The notes beneath the pieces are model-generated. The model saw only the letters and a program-made list of their open reading frames with translations. It had not been told where the DNA came from and did not search any database. The position numbers and the translations under genes were made by a program. From the IMG/VR virus record IMGVR_UViG_3300028887_000114, positions 6,588 to 70,587 of that record: DNA of 64,000 bases; one strand, 5' to 3'. Origin of the DNA: a virus (Duplodnaviria > Caudoviricetes). This document shows positions 63,007 to 64,000 of the stretch, one piece after another. The first letter of the stretch is position 1. Each line of letters starts with the position of its first letter.

Positions 63007-63564
63007 CTAAATAATTAAATTCTTCGGATGTAAAAATTCAATATCTAATTTAAAACCATTTTTATTTGTAAAGAATCTAGCTTCTGTTTCTTCTTCATTA
63101 TTAGTATCGTCAATCAAGAAAAATCGATCTGTATTTATCAAACCTTCAAACTGTTTATTTTTAAAATCAATCCAGTCTTTTACTTGCTGAATAAAACAAG
63201 TCTGTTTTTCAAGACCAAAACGTTTCATTGCACCAGGAATATGCAAATCTTCAAGTTCTACTTCATCAGTAGTGTTTACCCATTTATGATTAAATACACA
63301 TTGAATAGAATCATCTTTTGTCCAAACGATTCCTCTATTAGCTTCTGGAATTTCTAAGCGGTCAAATATATTTTTGACAATTTCTTCATTAATTTCTGAA
63401 CGTTCTTTCCAGCCCCAGGTAAATAAATGACACTTAAGATATGGAGTAAAACAAAAATGTTTACGTAACCATTTACTAATTCTATCACAATTATCTTGTA
63501 GAAAATTACAATTCCACAAGTCATCAATAATCGTATTTTCTATATCAAAAAATATATTAATCAT
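63007..63564 (-). CDS. HAD-like hypothetical protein
   Basis: 'IFFDIENTII' and 'FLIDD' resemble degenerate HAD motifs I and IV. Confidence 0.5.
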   Translation of the reverse strand: MINIFFDIENTIIDDLWNCNFLQDNCDRISKWLRKHFCFTPYLKCHLFTWGWKERSEINEEIVKNIFDRLEIPEANRGIVWTKDDSIQCVFNHKWVNTTDEVELEDLHIPGAMKRFGLEKQTCFIQQVKDWIDFKNKQFEGLINTDRFFLIDDTNNEEETEARFFTNKNGFKLDIEFLHPKNLII

Positions 63565-63949
63565 ATAAAATTACATCAGTATTTGTCGCGATATTTACTT
63601 TATCGAGATCAAGATATTTCATTCCTTCTTGCCAAGGTTTTGTGAGTTTTGGACTAATGACGCAAAATGCACCTATACCATAAACAATTTCTACTTCTGA
63701 CCACATATTATTGTATTTTAAATAAACATGGTAATTTTCCCAATTATCATCTGTATTTGACCAGACAAATTCTCTGAAATCCTTATTCCAAAGATTTTGA
63801 TAGAAAAATTCCATGCATGACCAGATTTCTTCTTTGTCTTTACCTTTATAATGATACATTAAAGATTCTTCTACAAAAATCTTTTCCTTAGCTACAATTT
63901 CTTTAAGCTTAGAAAGCATTTTAGTAAGCTTAACCTTTTCTTTAAGCAT
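63557..63949 (-). CDS. hypothetical protein
   Basis: 130-aa ORF. Confidence 0.6.
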   Translation of the reverse strand: MLKEKVKLTKMLSKLKEIVAKEKIFVEESLMYHYKGKDKEEIWSCMEFFYQNLWNKDFREFVWSNTDDNWENYHVYLKYNNMWSEVEIVYGIGAFCVISPKLTKPWQEGMKYLDLDKVNIATNTDVILYD

Positions 63950-64000
63950 TACATCAAAATGTCCTTTATATTCAGGATTTTCAGAATTCTTTACAATAAC

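Noticed and set aside
1-64000. Stop-codon reassignment (code 15 or 4), as in some gut jumbo phages
   Set aside because: Known enzymes are full length in code 11, and TAG ends genes at sensible boundaries (e.g. 28751, 31506, 33819, 54751)
1-64000. tRNA, rRNA or tmRNA genes
   Set aside because: Intergenic gaps are short and explained by promoters and terminators; no cloverleaf with T-loop GTTCRA recognised by eye (tRNAscan-SE would be definitive)

Overview
This is an AT-rich, gene-dense 64 kb segment of a large T4-superfamily (jumbo myovirus-like) bacteriophage. It reads in standard code 11, and the host is probably an anaerobic gut or rumen bacterium (Fibrobacter-like is inference only). No tRNA, rRNA or CRISPR array was seen. 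From 1 to 22.6 kb the genes are mostly on the + strand: baseplate-like genes, a 1582-aa secreted Calx-beta/6x cadherin adhesin, an HNH protein, an nrdD-nrdG operon interleaved with a PQ-loop transporter and two truncated gp23 major-capsid paralogs, and tail fibre genes. From 22.6 to 64 kb is a mostly minus-strand accessory region: Hsp20, UvsY-like, Nudix, RNA ligase, GIY-YIG endonuclease, PARG, PspA-like, a tandem membrane-protein family, two radical SAM enzymes, M18 and M16 peptidases, a phosphoesterase-kinase and an amidase endolysin. Two promoter classes are visible: sigma70-type TT(T/G)ACA-N17-TATATT, often fused to a terminator hairpin, and T4-late TATAAATA. The best candidates for new biology are: (1) a complete deamidating NAD+ salvage route (PncA, PncB, NadD-Nudix, NadE) plus PARG, chemically distinct from NARP1/NARP2; (2) a dispersed family of late-promoter genes sharing an N-terminal 'EA..L...GY...[LIVM]xE' leader that resembles a capsid-targeting and protease-cleavage signal on unrelated payloads; (3) capsid-protein-derived mini-paralogs; (4) a host-type cadherin surface protein. 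All functional calls come from motif recognition by eye; no database searches were run.
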